64,000 nt of DNA from Moniliella sp. 'wahieum' (GCA_003971905.1 RSEE01000023.1:124001-188000); one strand, 5' to 3'; shown: positions 35,920 to 49,400, counted from the first letter of the stretch. Notes: generated from the letters alone by a model not told the origin. Program-made: numbers and translations.

Positions 35920-37961
35920 TCAATGGACAAATCGGAAGTCCAGACGCTCGTTGCCCTGTCCTCTGGGTCTTGATTAGTGCGCCTTGTCGGTGGCCGACAT
36001 GCGGCCCCAGACCTTGTCCCTCTTCTTGTTGAGCAAGCGTAGAAGAGCTTCGTGCCGCCATAGAGGAAGAAGTTGATGGTGCAGACTGCCAACAAGCCGG
36101 CATTGGCGTGCCGGTAGCCATCTTCTCATCCGAGGGGCGGTACACTTGACTCCCGATGATGGACGTGATCTGGACAGAGATGTTGTACAAGCTGGTGGCC
36201 ACCGTGCGTGTGGCTACATCACCAGAGTTGGCGCTGACCCAGGACGCTTGGATCGCATGCACATACGGTGCCGACAGCGCCGTGGTCACCACCGCATAGT
36301 ACTTCCATGCGTATCTTTTGTCCCCAGTCGCTCCCGACGGCATGGCCAAGAGCGCCACCAGGCACGGCCACGCCCACATATCCTCTGTCATGCACAGCAG
36401 GGTTCGTTGATTGAACTGTTCCGCCAGGATGGCGACCGTCAAGCCAGTAAAGACCTGGACAAGGTTGTTGACGCTAGACAAGGTCTGGGTGACAACCGTA
36501 GAGAAGCCCAACTTCTTCAGGTTGATGGTCAAATACGCGTTGATGGGTGAGGTGGGAAGGCCAAAACTGACCCCGATCACATACATGGGCCACATGCGGT
36601 AGTTGCTGACGGCGCGCCACAAGCTCTTGCGGTCCAAGCCTTGTCGGTTGTGCATCGACGACTTTTGCGGCTCATCGCGCAGGATGCGCGCAACGGCAAT
36701 CTTAGCTTCCCGGTCGTTCAGGAACCCGTACGACTTGCCCGGACGAGCAGTTTGAGAGGGGGAGGCAGGCATCACGTAAAACGCCACAAACGAGACCAAG
36801 ATGGTCAGGAGCCCCCCGAGCAAAAAGACCCAGTAGGGTGCCGGGTAGCCGGGCACCGACTTGATTTGCAAAAAGCCCAGATTGATGTAGTTGGCCAAGA
36901 ACAAAGTAAAGTTGAGAACACACCAAAAGAGACCAAGCCGGGTAGTAAGTTCCGAGCCACGGTAGAAGAAACTGAGCAGCAGCACTTGAAAAGCGAGAGA
37001 AGCACAGGTTAGGGCGATGTAGACATGGTTATTGTCAACGGGGGCAGGTTTAGAGACGTACAAATGTCAGGGATGAAGGAACCTTGGCACAATCCCAACG
37101 CGGCACGCAAAACAAAGAAACTCTTTCGACCTTTGATGAAGAACTGGCAGGCCGTTACTACGCCCCAGGCAAACATTTGGAAGGGGATAAAGCGATCGGG
37201 GCCGACACGCTTCGACAACAGCTGTCCGGGCAACTCGGCGCTCAAGAAAGCCAGGTAAAAGATGGTTTGGCCGTTGTTGAAGTCTTTCTTGGAGAGATTG
37301 CTGTGTTCGAGAAATCCAGCCGAATTGGCACTGGAAATATTGGAACGGTCTGAAGAAGCCGCGAGTTAGGCAACTGGTTTCGTACACGACAAGGGATGGT
37401 GCACTTACCGAGATTGAGCAGGGCAAAAAAGAGAGCACACCATGCAAAGACGTTCAAATCAATCTTGCGAATCACTTGGGCCTCTTCCCTCCAGGTCCAG
37501 CGAAGGCTTGGGTCCCAGTTCTTCTTGTTCCCCAACTGTCAGGAGGTTCATACACAGAGCATAGCTCCGGAATGTCAAACACACTCGGTTGGGTGGCAGT
37601 GCTGTCCAAGTCCCGGGGTGCCGGGCGGTTTTTGCGAGGTCGGAGATAGTCCAAGATCTTGCTCGCCACAGGCGGGTCTGGCGACAAGGTGGGATCGATT
37701 TTGAGAAGTTCTTGCGCCTCTGCTTCGGTCAGACCACCCACCCGTGTCGTTGTCACCACCTCATTAACTCCTTCTGAGAGGGAGGGAGAGAGAAGCGCCG
37801 TCGGAGTAGGCATCGGTGCCTTTGGTCGAGATGGCATCCTTGTTAATGATGCTCTCCTGGTCGAAGTCCTCCCTTTGCGTATGACCTAGCTGAGGCGTGA
37901 TGTCCTCCGACTCGGCTGGGTTGACGTCGCGGACGTCGATGGTGGCCTTACCCCCAGACAT
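35920..37961 (-). CDS. MFS anion:cation symporter (Dal5 family, Soa1/YIL166C-like)
   Basis: ATQPSVFD, WDPSLRWTWREEAQVIRKID, DRSNISSA, AELPGQLLSKRVGPDRFIP, ELTTRLGLFW, RILRDEPQKSSMHNRQGL, C-terminal GNERLDFRFVH*. At least two introns. Confidence 0.88.
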
Positions 37962-39966
37962 GATGAAGTATGAGGAGTAAACCTTAAGAGTGGGGGTGGG
38001 TTGAGTGCGAGAAAAGGGGGGTGTGGAAGCGTTGGAAGTGATGGAAAAGGAGCTTGCTCCGCCGTAGGTTATATACAGCAGAATTTACAGGAGAGAGCAG
38101 CTGTATCCTTTTGCGTCAAGCTCGCCATTGAACCGTGTGGCGAGCGCTACGGGCGCGACTTGTCCTGCGTCCTCTCAGTGTGACCGTTTTCAGATGCGGC
38201 TGAGCTCTTCGGTGCCTGGATGGTGTAGGAGATAGAGTTGCGGACCTAACTCGTTGCCTCTACCTGGTACCAACACCCATATTGGTGCCAGGTAACGTGC
38301 AGTCCCGGACATTTTTTGGGGCTTTTCCTCCAAAAGTCGCTTTGTATCATAAGGCTGCTGTGCTCATGGTGCTCCCCACAGCACCCTGGGGCAGGCAGCA
38401 AGAGCGCCTCAGGGGGTAACCAAAAACACGTAAGGGAAAACTGAACAACGACGGCAACAGATGACTGCCATTACCGCTTAACCACTATTCCACTGTTGCA
38501 TGTTACACTGTTATCGACAGCAACAGGACCACACACGCACGCCATCTGTACACGATACATGGAATACAGCGGTAGCTCCGGTAGCTGTGTGGTGCTTGGC
38601 CAATTTTTATCTCGTTCCCCACAGCAGGACTTGTTCCGGACGCACGCCGTCTCGTATTTCCGCCTGATGGGCCCTTTGGGCTGGCCCATCGGGAGGCTTC
38701 ACTTGACTGATCTAGCCCCACCACTGCTGGGTCATCCATCTCACCGGTCTCCCTGCTCAGGATGACGATCTTTGCGACCTCCCTCCCAGCGGGAGAGCAC
38801 GCTAGCGAGCAGGTGCAATCATTAATCAACGCGCTCACGGTGAGCACTACGCCAGACTGCGCTCGAGGGGAGTGTCCTTGGTGCCGGTGATCGCACAATC
38901 GGTGCGCATGATGCATTGCAAACGTTTGGCGCTTAATGTTTAACCGCGGTGTCCGTCATCGGTTTCCATCAGGCAGTTGCTCAGTACTGCCGCGCTCGAT
39001 GCGCCGCTCTGGCTTGTGGTGGCGAATGTGCTGGCCACCTTGCTTGTGGGCGCGAGCAGGGGCCCAATGTGCCCCCTGAAGCTGGGAAGCGTCAGCGCTC
39101 AGCCTCAGCGCAGGGCGCCATGTGGGGGGTGCGTGCTTCCCCCAGACGATTCAACCGCACAGCAGAGACGACGCCGCAGACAAAGGAGCACGACATCGCG
39201 TCTGGGTTCTGGGCAATGCGTACGCTGCTTGTTTCAACATTTCATCCTCCTCTCCGTCTCCCGGCCGCACCAGTGCCACCTACCCTGCCGCCCCACACGA
39301 GCGAGTTGCTCAAACAGCGTACCCGAATTAAACGCCTCCGCCGGCGCCACCGCCTTGCCCAAGACGCAATTTCCTCCGGGCGAACGTTGAAGCTTGAAGC
39401 TTGAAGCAGCAAGAATGGCCAATGTCCGGATGGCCGCAATCCTCTCTTGAAGCTTGACTTCATCCGAAGACAGGCATGGACGCGTGAGTGACGCGAGACG
39501 CATGACGCGGCGCTAGTCGTGATAGTCGTGGCGTTACTCTGTGCGCGTTTTACGGCCAGCTAGAGCTACAGAGCAGCCTGCAGACGACCCCATATAGTTT
39601 CGGTCTGCCACCCGGAACTCATCACTCTCCAATCTCTAGTCTGCAGGGCTCTGGTAACCGGTTACCGGTAACCGGTAACCATCCTTCTGTTCTGGGTGAC
39701 CAGGAGCGACATCATGCATCCCAGTTCATCAATATGAATGTGTGGAGTAGGAGGGTAAAGGCGTGGAATAAAAAGTTAGGTTGGTGTGAAAAACGAGAAA
39801 CATACATATGGGACGAGGCTGGCTCCAGTTCTCCATCTCAACTTCATCGAGATGGACTTGATCGACTTGATCGATCATCGGCACCACCGCCAGACCTGAT
39901 AGATATCAAGCATGGGCCCTTGACAAGCGCGCGCATGCAGCATAGGCCTTTCACACGGAGGGGTCA

Positions 39967-42900
39967 TTAGCGATCCACAATCTGGAACGAAATGGTGGCA
40001 AAGGTAATATCTTCGTTGGTTGCGTGTCGAAGGGTGTAGCGTAGCGGCATTTCCTAAAAGCACAGTAAAAGGTCAGCAATCGCACCCTTCACCCCAACCG
40101 AACAAGAGGCACGCACCGTGAACCAACGCTGGATGTTGAGCCGCACAGGGCCAATGTGGAGGTCAAATGTGTTCATATCAAACATGTTGGTAAAGAAAGT
40201 GGTGCAATAAACAATGTCTGGATCGAATGTGTCAGTGACCGCTCTTTCCCTCTCCCCTCTCCTCCTCTCCCTCCCCCAGCTGTGCCTGTCTAAGGAACGT
40301 ACCAGGGTCAAAAACCAAGTTCTCTCGATGCTTGGCATCGGAAAAATACTTGCGCCGGTGCGCTGTAGTCATGGATTTGGACAGCTTGATAAACGCATTG
40401 TCCTCCATCACATCCGTGCCAGGCTGGGCAAACCGCCACGGGCCCAGCACGCCATCCAACCGGGATATGTAGGGCGCAGTCCCTACGGACAGGGAAGTAG
40501 CCTGGCTTGTCGCTCGGGGCAGCGTTGGGGTGTCGTCCCCGTCGTTTGGTCCACTACTGGAGCTGGCCGGGCGGAGGGAGCTGGCGGTCGTGCCAGTCAG
40601 AGGGCGCTCGAGCGATGCAGCTGCAGCTTCAGATGCTGCTGCTGCTTCCAGTACATCGAGGTCCGGTACTTGGGGCAGGGGTGTTGCTGTTGCGTCCAGC
40701 AACGGCAAGCGTGTCGGCTGTGGTAAAGTCAGTGGGGCGGAGCCCATCGCCAGCGGTTTCGGCTTGCATTTCGGCCACCAGCTCCTGCGAGCGGGCTCAA
40801 GGATGGATACCGTGTCGTCTGCATTTCATCGGAAGGGACAGACAGCTCGAGCGGCCGCTCCGCACTGCTGATGGGACTGATCGTGGATCCAGAGTGCGAG
40901 GGGGGATGGGGGGTAAGTGACTTGGTTGGGTCGGGTACTGAGGGCACTGCAGGTGCCAGTGCGTTCGCCCCCACTGTCCCCATAGCAATTGCCGCATCCC
41001 CTGTCTGGGCCCGATCTTTGGTCCCGAGCAGCACCACCTCTGACGCCTCGTCGTCCAAGTCATCCCCACCGAACGAGAGGGGCACCGGGGTGCCCATATG
41101 GGGCTTGGGGCGCACCAGCGCCGGCGACTTAACAGACGCTACCCCCTTATTTAAAGCCTTCACCGGGCTAGCTTGGTCGAATCGAGCGCAGCAGCACCTT
41201 GTGCCTTTCCCGCCGAGACCGAGGGTTCGCTGGCACCCCCATCCCGAAGCGAGCCTACCGCGCTCGAGGTGCGGAAGTGGTGCATATGTTCATCCCTCGC
41301 AAACGAAGTAGTGGGAGCAGCCGTACTGCTGCGCTTGCCTGCACGGCTAAGGGGCCGCAGCGCTGATAACCCAAACTTGTGATGGTGAGCTGGACTGGCA
41401 GGGGTCGCTTGGCCGTCCTCAAACGGCATGGAAGAATGTATGGTCGATAGCTCGTCCAGGCTCGGACGCTTATTGTCATCTCCGAGACTGAGTCGAGTCA
41501 GTGCGCTCAACGGCGTACCCACGCGAGAAAGACGAAGAGAACGGCGTTTCTTAATCTTGACCTCACCAGGCTGCTCCGGTTTGTCAATCTTATGGAGAGA
41601 CTGCACCTTGCGATGGTGATGGTCATGATGTTTGCCCGAATGCGGCAGCTTGATGCTCAACTTGGGGAGGAGGGCGTGGTGGTGGTGCGTGTGTGGCCCT
41701 CCCGGGGTTACGGTCGATGGTTGGCCCCCTGGACTGCCCACTTGTGGCGCCGACGCGGCATGGTGCAGCATCCGCCCTTCCGAGGGAACGGAACGACCTG
41801 CTTCGCCCAGAGGCGCGCGGTAGCCGAGGGAAGCGGGGCTACCACTGGACTCAACTCCGTCTCGTCAGGAATCACGCCCCAGGCGATCAGCGAGCCATCC
41901 CGTCCAGCTCCCGGCTGGCCGGGGGGGATTGGGGTCTCGTTGTCAGAGGGGATCGAGTGGAAATCATCATCGGATGAATCGCTCTCCTCGCCCGGAACGG
42001 TGCCCAGGCGCGAGGCACGAGGGGCGGTAGCCTGCTGGGTGCGCTGGCGCAAGGCGTGCAGCGTTCCCCCTGGAGTGACCGCGCGAGGTAGCAAGGGTGA
42101 ACTAGATCTGTGCTGTACTTGGACGGAGGTGGCGGCGTGCTTCCGCCCCTGCGCGGTTGAGAGGATGAGGCATCGTGGTGCCCAGGGCGCCAATCAGGCT
42201 TGCATTGATCGCATCCTCGTGAGCAATGGTGCCATGTTGCCGGCCGCCTGCTAGACAGCCTGGACTCATAGGCCGCGTGAGTGGGGTAGACGGGTAAGAG
42301 ACAGAGCCAGCAGGCGATGGGGTCTGCAGCTCCTCCTGTTCGGGGATTGTGGCTGTCGCAGCGCGAGACAGGTCAAGCGACCGATGCCGAATATGCTGAA
42401 TGGACTCGGCTGCGTTGTGGGCTTCCAAGAACGCACGCACACGGGTCTTGTTTGAACCCAAGGAAGCGCCAGTACTTGAGGGACTTGCGCTGCTCCTTAG
42501 GGGCGGAAGTGAGCATCCTTCCCAATAGCCCCTTCTTTTTTTGTGCCGCTCGTTCTTCTTCCAACTTGGCCATCGCCATGGGCGTCTCATCTAGCGTCTC
42601 AAGCGGTACAACATCCTCTGGGTCATCGATCATGAGGGAGCTGCCTGCAGCCCTGGCTGCATTGATTGCAGCGGCGTTGATCGCTGCACTATTGGCGGGT
42701 GTATCGCTGCGCAAAGGCGAGTCCGAGTGGCGGAGGACAACAACTGCATCATGGGCGCGCTCAGGTGAAGGCCAGGCACAGATGGTGTTCATACAGGCAC
42801 AGTAGGGACTCATGATGAACGGTCGGCCGCTGGGTGGGTGTTCTTCGTAGTACGTCGAGGGATCAATCATGCGGGCCACACGCATGCCGGCGTTGAAGGG

Positions 42901-43192
42901 CGCACGGGGAAAGTCGATCCAGCGATCAAAGTCAGTGCCAAAGATAATGTCGGAACCACGCCAGGGGTGGCGGAAGCGACCCTCGATCTGGATGGCGAAC
43001 TTGCGACTGCGGCCCTCAAAGTATTTGCGCCCGGGTTCGCCCTCGCGCGCCGGGCGCATCGAGGATGCGCACCAGCACGCGGCCGACAAAGTGCTCGGTC
43101 TCGATGTCGTGCGGGCGCTGGGCGTCGTTCAGCCGACACGGCTCCAGGTGGAAGCGGTCGGGACCAACCCAGACTTCGAGGTGGGGTGCCAT
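39967..43192 (-). CDS. DUF1769 (Duc1-like) domain protein with long low-complexity insertion
   Basis: IETEHFVGRVLVRI..YFEGRSRKFAIQIEGRF..DIIFGTDFDR..IDP..PFIMSP. C-terminal RRKYFSDAKHRENLVFDP-[intron]-DIVYCTTFF...MPLRYTLR. Confidence 0.8.
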
Positions 43193-43688
43193 GATGGAGA
43201 GGGCAGGTGATGGTGGTGAAGGTGTGCGAAAAGAAGCAGTGCGTCATATCAGCCGATCCAACCAACCTACACCTGCCAAAATAGCTGCCCAGCAGCCATT
43301 CCACCCAATCCAGCCTGTGCAGGCCAGTGCTCGATCATCCATTGCGTCGGTATCATCCATGCTCGACGCCCGATCGCCGATTATGCAACCCGTCATATAT
43401 TCACTGCCATGGAGCGGCCAGAGGCCAGACGCTTCACTCTAAGCGTTAAGCTTCGCTTCACTCCCCCCGTGACGTGTGACATGGCACGCGTGACAGGCGA
43501 CAGTTGGCGCGCACCGTCACGTGCGGCACATTGGACTGGTTACGCGTTCCGGTCGGTCCCCCGGGTGACATAATTGGTCACGTGCCCAACAACCACCGCA
43601 GTCTCGCCCCACGCACGCGAAACCAACACTGCTGCCTTCGCGACGACACTGGCCGCCACCAGCCACAACCACACCCGTGCGTGCAGCT

Positions 43689-44167
43689 ATGGCATCCTCG
43701 CTCGCGCTCGCTTCGCGCCCCCCGCGCTCGACACGCTGGCACCGTCGATTCATCTGCTGGGTCAGACAACCCGTACGCTGGCCACCGCCACTTGACCGAA
43801 GAGCAACAGACCCTCCTTTATGAGTACGCCCGCCTGGCTGCCACCCTCCAAAGCGTACGCCTCTTCCCGTGCTCACGCACGCACATCCCACGCGTTTCCA
43901 TGCCACTGCTAACATGTTTGCCCCAAGGTTTCCTCGCGCGCGACCGCCCTATCGGCGACGAACACCCACAGCGCACTTCTCTCGGAGCTGCGAATTCTGG
44001 AGCGGAAAATGGGCCTGGTGCTGACGCTGTTCAAGGCCAGTGTCTGGAGTGTCGTCACGGCCGATACGGACGCCATGGTTGAGGAGGGCATGGACCAGGA
44101 TCAGGGGGAGTACGCAGAAGGTGAGGGCCAGTATTACGACGCGGAGCACGGCTACACGTACGAGTAG
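43689..44167 (+). CDS. DAD3: DASH/Dam1 complex subunit Dad3
   Basis: DNPYAGHRHLTEEQQTLLYEYARLAATL-[intron 43855-43927]-...LLSELRILERKMGLVLTLFKASVWSV. Confidence 0.85.
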
Positions 44168-44729
44168 GCGAGCCAATCACTGCTAGCCCATTTGTACCCA
44201 CCTCAGCCCCACCCCTCACCCGCCCCCCGCAAGAGGACCCTGTATGCTACACCAGGTCAGAGTGTAATTGTATCATGTTTTCCGCCTCCTCCGGTAGCTG
44301 CTTCCAAGCATCCTTTCTCCGTACTGCATGTATCTAGAAGACCTTCGCTTCTAAAGCTACCTGGTGGCGTGCATGTGAGGGAATATGGTGGATACAGTGT
44401 TCCGAGGAGAGGTACAGGAGACTGAGGCATAGCGCCTTATATGCAACCGAGGATCCGGGGGCACGGGTGCACCCACATGGACCGGAGGGGTATTTCCTAT
44501 CACGCCATGTCGCGTAAAAGGGAGCACTCCAACATCCTCAACACTTCAAGAGACTCAGAGAAACTCATCGTATGTGGGGGTTTGTGTTACATAGTAGGCT
44601 CGACGAGAAGGGGGGGAGGGGATCGCAAGGGGGGGTGGGGAGGAAGCGAACGGGAGGTGGACGCAGCCAACGGGGGAAGAGAAGTTGGAAGATGCCTGGG
44701 CAAGAGGATTGAATGGCCAACTCCAAGGC

Positions 44730-45323
44730 TTACCAGCCTCCCTGGTTGCCGCCGTAACCTTGCTGGCCGTAACCGCCTTGGGGTCCACCGTAACCGCCTT
44801 GGTTGCCGCCGTAGCCGCCCTGGTTACCGCCGTAGCCACCCTGGTTGCCATTGTAGCCGCCCTGGTTGCCACCGTACTTGTTGTCGCCGCCAAATCCGCC
44901 CGAAGCGAACGATTCCTCTTCCCTCTTGGCCTTGTGCTCCTCGTAGCGGCCGTGAATGTGCTCGCCAACCTTCTTGCCTACCTCCGCAAGAATGGCACCG
45001 CCAGCAATGGAAACAAAGTTGCCATGCTGCGAGCCGGTCGCCTTGTTGGCAGCAAAGCCAGCAAGGCCACCGAGGGCCATGGTGCCGAGACCGCGGTCAC
45101 CACCCTCGCCCTGGTTGCCTTGGCCATCAAACTCGTTGCCGCCGCGGTATTCCTGGTTGGCGCCGCCTTGGTACGATTGGGACTCTCCGTAGCCCTGGTT
45201 GCCCTGGCCGTAGCCTTGGTTTTGGCCGTAGCCTTGGTCTTGGCCGTAGCCCTGGTTTTGGCCGTAGCCTTGGTTTTGGCCGTAGCCGCCAGCGCCGGGT
45301 TCAGGGAATCCACCGTAGGACAT
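44730..45323 (-). CDS. Gly/Gln/Asn/Tyr-rich protein with central glycine-zipper segment (197 aa)
   Basis: Intact ORF: (GYGQNQ)x5-like N-terminal repeats, GEGGDRGLGTMALGGLAG...IAGGAILA, (GGNQGGY)x6-like C-terminal repeats. Confidence 0.85.
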   Translation of the reverse strand: MSYGGFPEPGAGGYGQNQGYGQNQGYGQDQGYGQNQGYGQGNQGYGESQSYQGGANQEYRGGNEFDGQGNQGEGGDRGLGTMALGGLAGFAANKATGSQHGNFVSIAGGAILAEVGKKVGEHIHGRYEEHKAKREEESFASGGFGGDNKYGGNQGGYNGNQGGYGGNQGGYGGNQGGYGGPQGGYGQQGYGGNQGGW

Positions 45324-46443
45324 TGTGGTTGAGAGGGTTGGAAGGTGAGGTGGGAGGTGAGGTGGGGGAGGAGAGAGTGGGCAGGAAGCTCGTGGGGGGG
45401 AAAACCAGAGTGGAAGGTGGGGAGGCACCTTTTAAGAAGCGTAGGGCGCTGCTCCAACCCGCGCCGCAGCGACCAGTGAGCCTGCGCCGATGGAATGGAC
45501 AGTGGAGATGTCAAGCACAGGGCGGGAGGCAAGTGTGGTGCCGCTGTGTGACACAGTGGTGCGCAACGCACAGGGGCGCTGTCGGCGTTCCTCCTGCCCA
45601 CACGGCACTGCGGCCGCCTGTCCAGGCACCTGCGTGGACCGGGCTGTGCACGGCCGTCGGGGTGTGACATGATGTGACGCATCCGCAGACTGCTGGGCTG
45701 CGGAGGGCTGCGGACTGCGTTGCATTTGCTCAGCGGGCGGCCGGCCCGACGCAACCGGACGCATCATCATTGCATCAGATCCAGATGCGACCAGATGCCG
45801 CCGATAAGCGGAACTGGCCCTGTGCTGCGGACCACCGATGTTTGCGCTCGGCTGGCTCATTAGCGCTGCGCCGCGCTGCTGCTGGCTGCTGGCTGCGTGC
45901 AACCTCGGCCCGGACACCACCTGGCACCCGAGCTGCCCCAGGCTGCCCCGTGCTGCCCCCCTTGGCAGTCCCCAAACCGCGTGAGGTTGGCGGATAGAGC
46001 ACACTGCCCCTGCGCCCGCGCGTTCCTGGGTCGTCCAGCCCCAGGGTACTCAGTCGGAGTACTCGGTCTCCAGCGCTCAGCCCCTGGCAGGCGCCGGCTG
46101 CGCGGGTCTGCGCAGGCGTCTGCACTGCCACGTACTGCGCTGCGCTGGCCACGTCACCACCTCCGTCGGACATGCGCAGACCGCCCGCGCTGAGGCTATG
46201 CTGGGCGGAAATGCAGTTCCGCCCCTCGCCACGCGAGTGGATGGCGCGTACGGAACGCAACATTTCATTCACGCGGGACGCGGGACCGCCTCGCGTCGCG
46301 TTTGGTGGTCTGGTGCTTTCTGAGCGCAGCGCCGGTGAGGCGTCCGCCCCTGAGGCCTGCGGGGCGATGCTATCCATCTCGTCCTCCCAGTCGCGTCAGC
46401 GTCCGCGCGTCCGCCTCCCCGTCTGCGCCGCCACCACCCCGCC

Positions 46444-49400
46444 ATGGCACCGCGAAGCCAGCAGCAGTCGCTCCTCGGCTTCTTTGGCTCCTCACGCCCA
46501 GCGCTCCCCGCCTTCCGCCGTGCCCCGCCCGTCGCAGCCCTCCCGACCCACTGTCCACGGAGCGCTGAAGCCCACTCCTGCTGCGCGCACGCCGCCCCAG
46601 CGACTGCCCCGGTCGCTTCTCCCCCGCTCTCCTCGCCCACTCGCCCCCCCGGCCTCTCCTCGTCCAGCCGCGACTCCTCCGACGAACAGTCTGTGCGTGT
46701 CTGTCTCTCTGTCCCTCGCACGCGCATGCACTGTACTAACCCGGGTGCATGCAGGAACCGAGACGCCTGAAGCGCCCTCTGGTGTCTCAAGCCGTGCATC
46801 CAAGCGCTCGAAGATTGTCATCAGCGACGACGAATCTGATACGGAGTTGCCTGAGCTGAGCCTACTCCCTCGCGTTCCCGCCCTTCCATTCCCGTCACCC
46901 CTCGTCCGCAAGCGCTACCCTTCAAGGCCCAGCTGTTCGCCTCGCAATCGAAGCCTTCGGTGCGTCATCCCCCCCTCCCCCCCCCCCATCATATCATCAT
47001 CATGCCTGGATGCGTCATGCTGATTGACTGATAGACGCCTTCGCACGTACCCCGACCAACAAGGACGCCGCCGACCAACCCTTCTCTTTCCTCGTTGATG
47101 TTCGCGACAAGGAGGGAAACCGCCCCAACGATCCCGATTACGACCCTCGTACGCTCTACATTCCTCCTCGGCGTGGAATGAGTTTTCTCCGTTTGAAAAG
47201 CAGTTTTGGGGAATCAAGCAGGAACACTACGATACCGTGCTCTTTTTCCAAAAGGGCAAGTTCTATGAGCTGTACGAGGAGGATGCCCTCATTGGCCACC
47301 GCGAGTTTGATCTCAAGCTCACCGACCGCGTCAAGATGAAGATGGTCGGCGTACCGGAAAGCTCATTTGAGTTGTTTGCTGCCAAATTCCTTGCCCTCGG
47401 CTACAAAGTGGGGCGGGTTGACCAGTGCGAGACGGCGGTGCGCGGGGCATGCGTGCGCCCAAGGACCCAAAGATGGCGGACTGGTCACCCGAGAACTGCG
47501 TCACGTATTAACTACCGGGACGATTGTGGATCCCTCGGCATTGCAAGATGAGCTCAACAGTTACTGCGTCTCGATCAAAGAACATATCGATTGGCAGGCC
47601 GATCCGCAAGCCAATCATCCTTCGTTAGGGATCTGCGCCTTGGACGCCAGCACAGCCCAGTTTGACTCATGCACATCCTCGACGATGCAACGCGACCGCA
47701 ACTGGAGACCAGGCTCCGCTCGCTTCGGATCAAGGAGCTGTTGTACGAAAAGGGTGCCCTGTCCGAGCCCACTCTTCACTAGTCCGGGTTGTCTGCCAGC
47801 CTCGTGTCGCATCACCATGCTTAAGCCCGGAAAAGAGTTTCCTTCGTCGGCACAGGCCAAGGCCAAGCTGGATCAGCTCTTCCCTGAGGGAGATTACCCC
47901 GATGCAGTTGAAGCTCTGCTGGAACAAGATGAGGCTATGGCTTCGCTGGGGCGATGCTTACTACCTTGAACGCTCAATCTTGACAAGGATCTTGTGCGGA
48001 GCAGAATTTCGACCTGTACGATCCCTTACGCCGAGGAGAGTGCATGACACTCGACGCGCAAAGCTTGACCCACCTCAACGTGCTTCAGAATGATCAAGGA
48101 GAAGCGACGGGCACACTGCATACGCTGCTCAATCGTTGCGTCCCCTTTGGAAAGAGATTGTTCAACAATGGCTCGTCTCTCCCTTGGCCAAGGCAGAGCT
48201 GATCAATGATCGGCTCGATGCAGTGGAGGACTTGCTCTCCGATGAACGCTTCCATGACGACTTTCATCGCTTTGCCCTCCGCATGCCCGACATTGAGCGT
48301 AGCCTGGCCCGGATCTTTGCAGGCAAGGTCACATCCGCGACTTTCTTGCTGTTCTCACTGCCTTGGATAAGTTTGATGCTGCGTTTGAAGCATTGCAGGC
48401 CGCCGCTCAAGGTCATGCACATGCTGTACGCAACCTCTTGGCCGACTCTCTCCCTCTCCAGGATGTGATCCGCGATGTGCAAGCCAAGTTTAGCGTGGGA
48501 AAGGACGGGACATTCGAGCCCCTACCAGGACAGGACGCGGAATACGACGCAGCGTTCGCTGCGTTGCAGGAGGTGGAGCGAGCGCTCGAGCTTGAGCGTA
48601 CGGCGATGGCCAAGCAAGTCCGTGTGCCGTTATCGCAAGCCGTGTTTAAGCACATTGGATCGAAAGACATTTACCACTTGAATTGCCTCGAACTGTCAAG
48701 GTGCCCCCCAACTGGGTCACCATGAGCTCGACTAAAGCAGTGCATCGGCACTACAGCCCTACCTTACGGGCTCTGGTGCAAAAACTCAAGGAGGCACGTG
48801 AAACGCGCCTGGCGGCCTTGAGGGAGTTTTCGATGCGCTTGTTTGATGCCTTTACGACACACGCCGACTTGTTCCGTCACAATGTTGCGCTCGTAGCCCA
48901 GATCGATTGTTTGCTGAGTCTGGCCAAAGCGAGCCAGGCCATGGGTCAGCCCCTCTGCCGCCCTACCATCATTGATGCCCCGCAAGCCTCGTTTGAGTTT
49001 GAGACGCTTCGCCACCCTTGCCTTGCCGAACTTGCCCACGGTGAGTTTATTCCCAACAATGTTGCTCTCGGGCGCGAAGGCGGACACGAAGAGTGATGGT
49101 GCTTACGGGTGGCAACATGGCTGGAAAGAGCACCACAGCTCGAACCGCTACGGTTATTCTGGCCCAGGTGGGATGTCTCCTACCGGCTAGTAAGGCGCGA
49201 TTGGCCCCCGTTGACCGCATCGCGTCGCGGATGGGGGCCAATGATCAACTCTTCCGCCAAAACTCGACGTTTATGGTCGAGATGCTGGAGACGCACGAAT
49301 CGTGGAACAGTGCACGCCGCGTTCCTTGGTAATCCTCGATGAGCTGGGACGAGGAACATCAACGTTTGATGGCCAAGGGATTGCCTATGCCGTGCTGCAT

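Noticed and set aside
44441..45667. 408-aa plus-strand Arg/Cys-rich ORF and similar long antisense ORFs (e.g. 13172-13960, 23507-24349)
   Set aside because: They are shadows of real opposite-strand genes in GC-rich or repetitive DNA.
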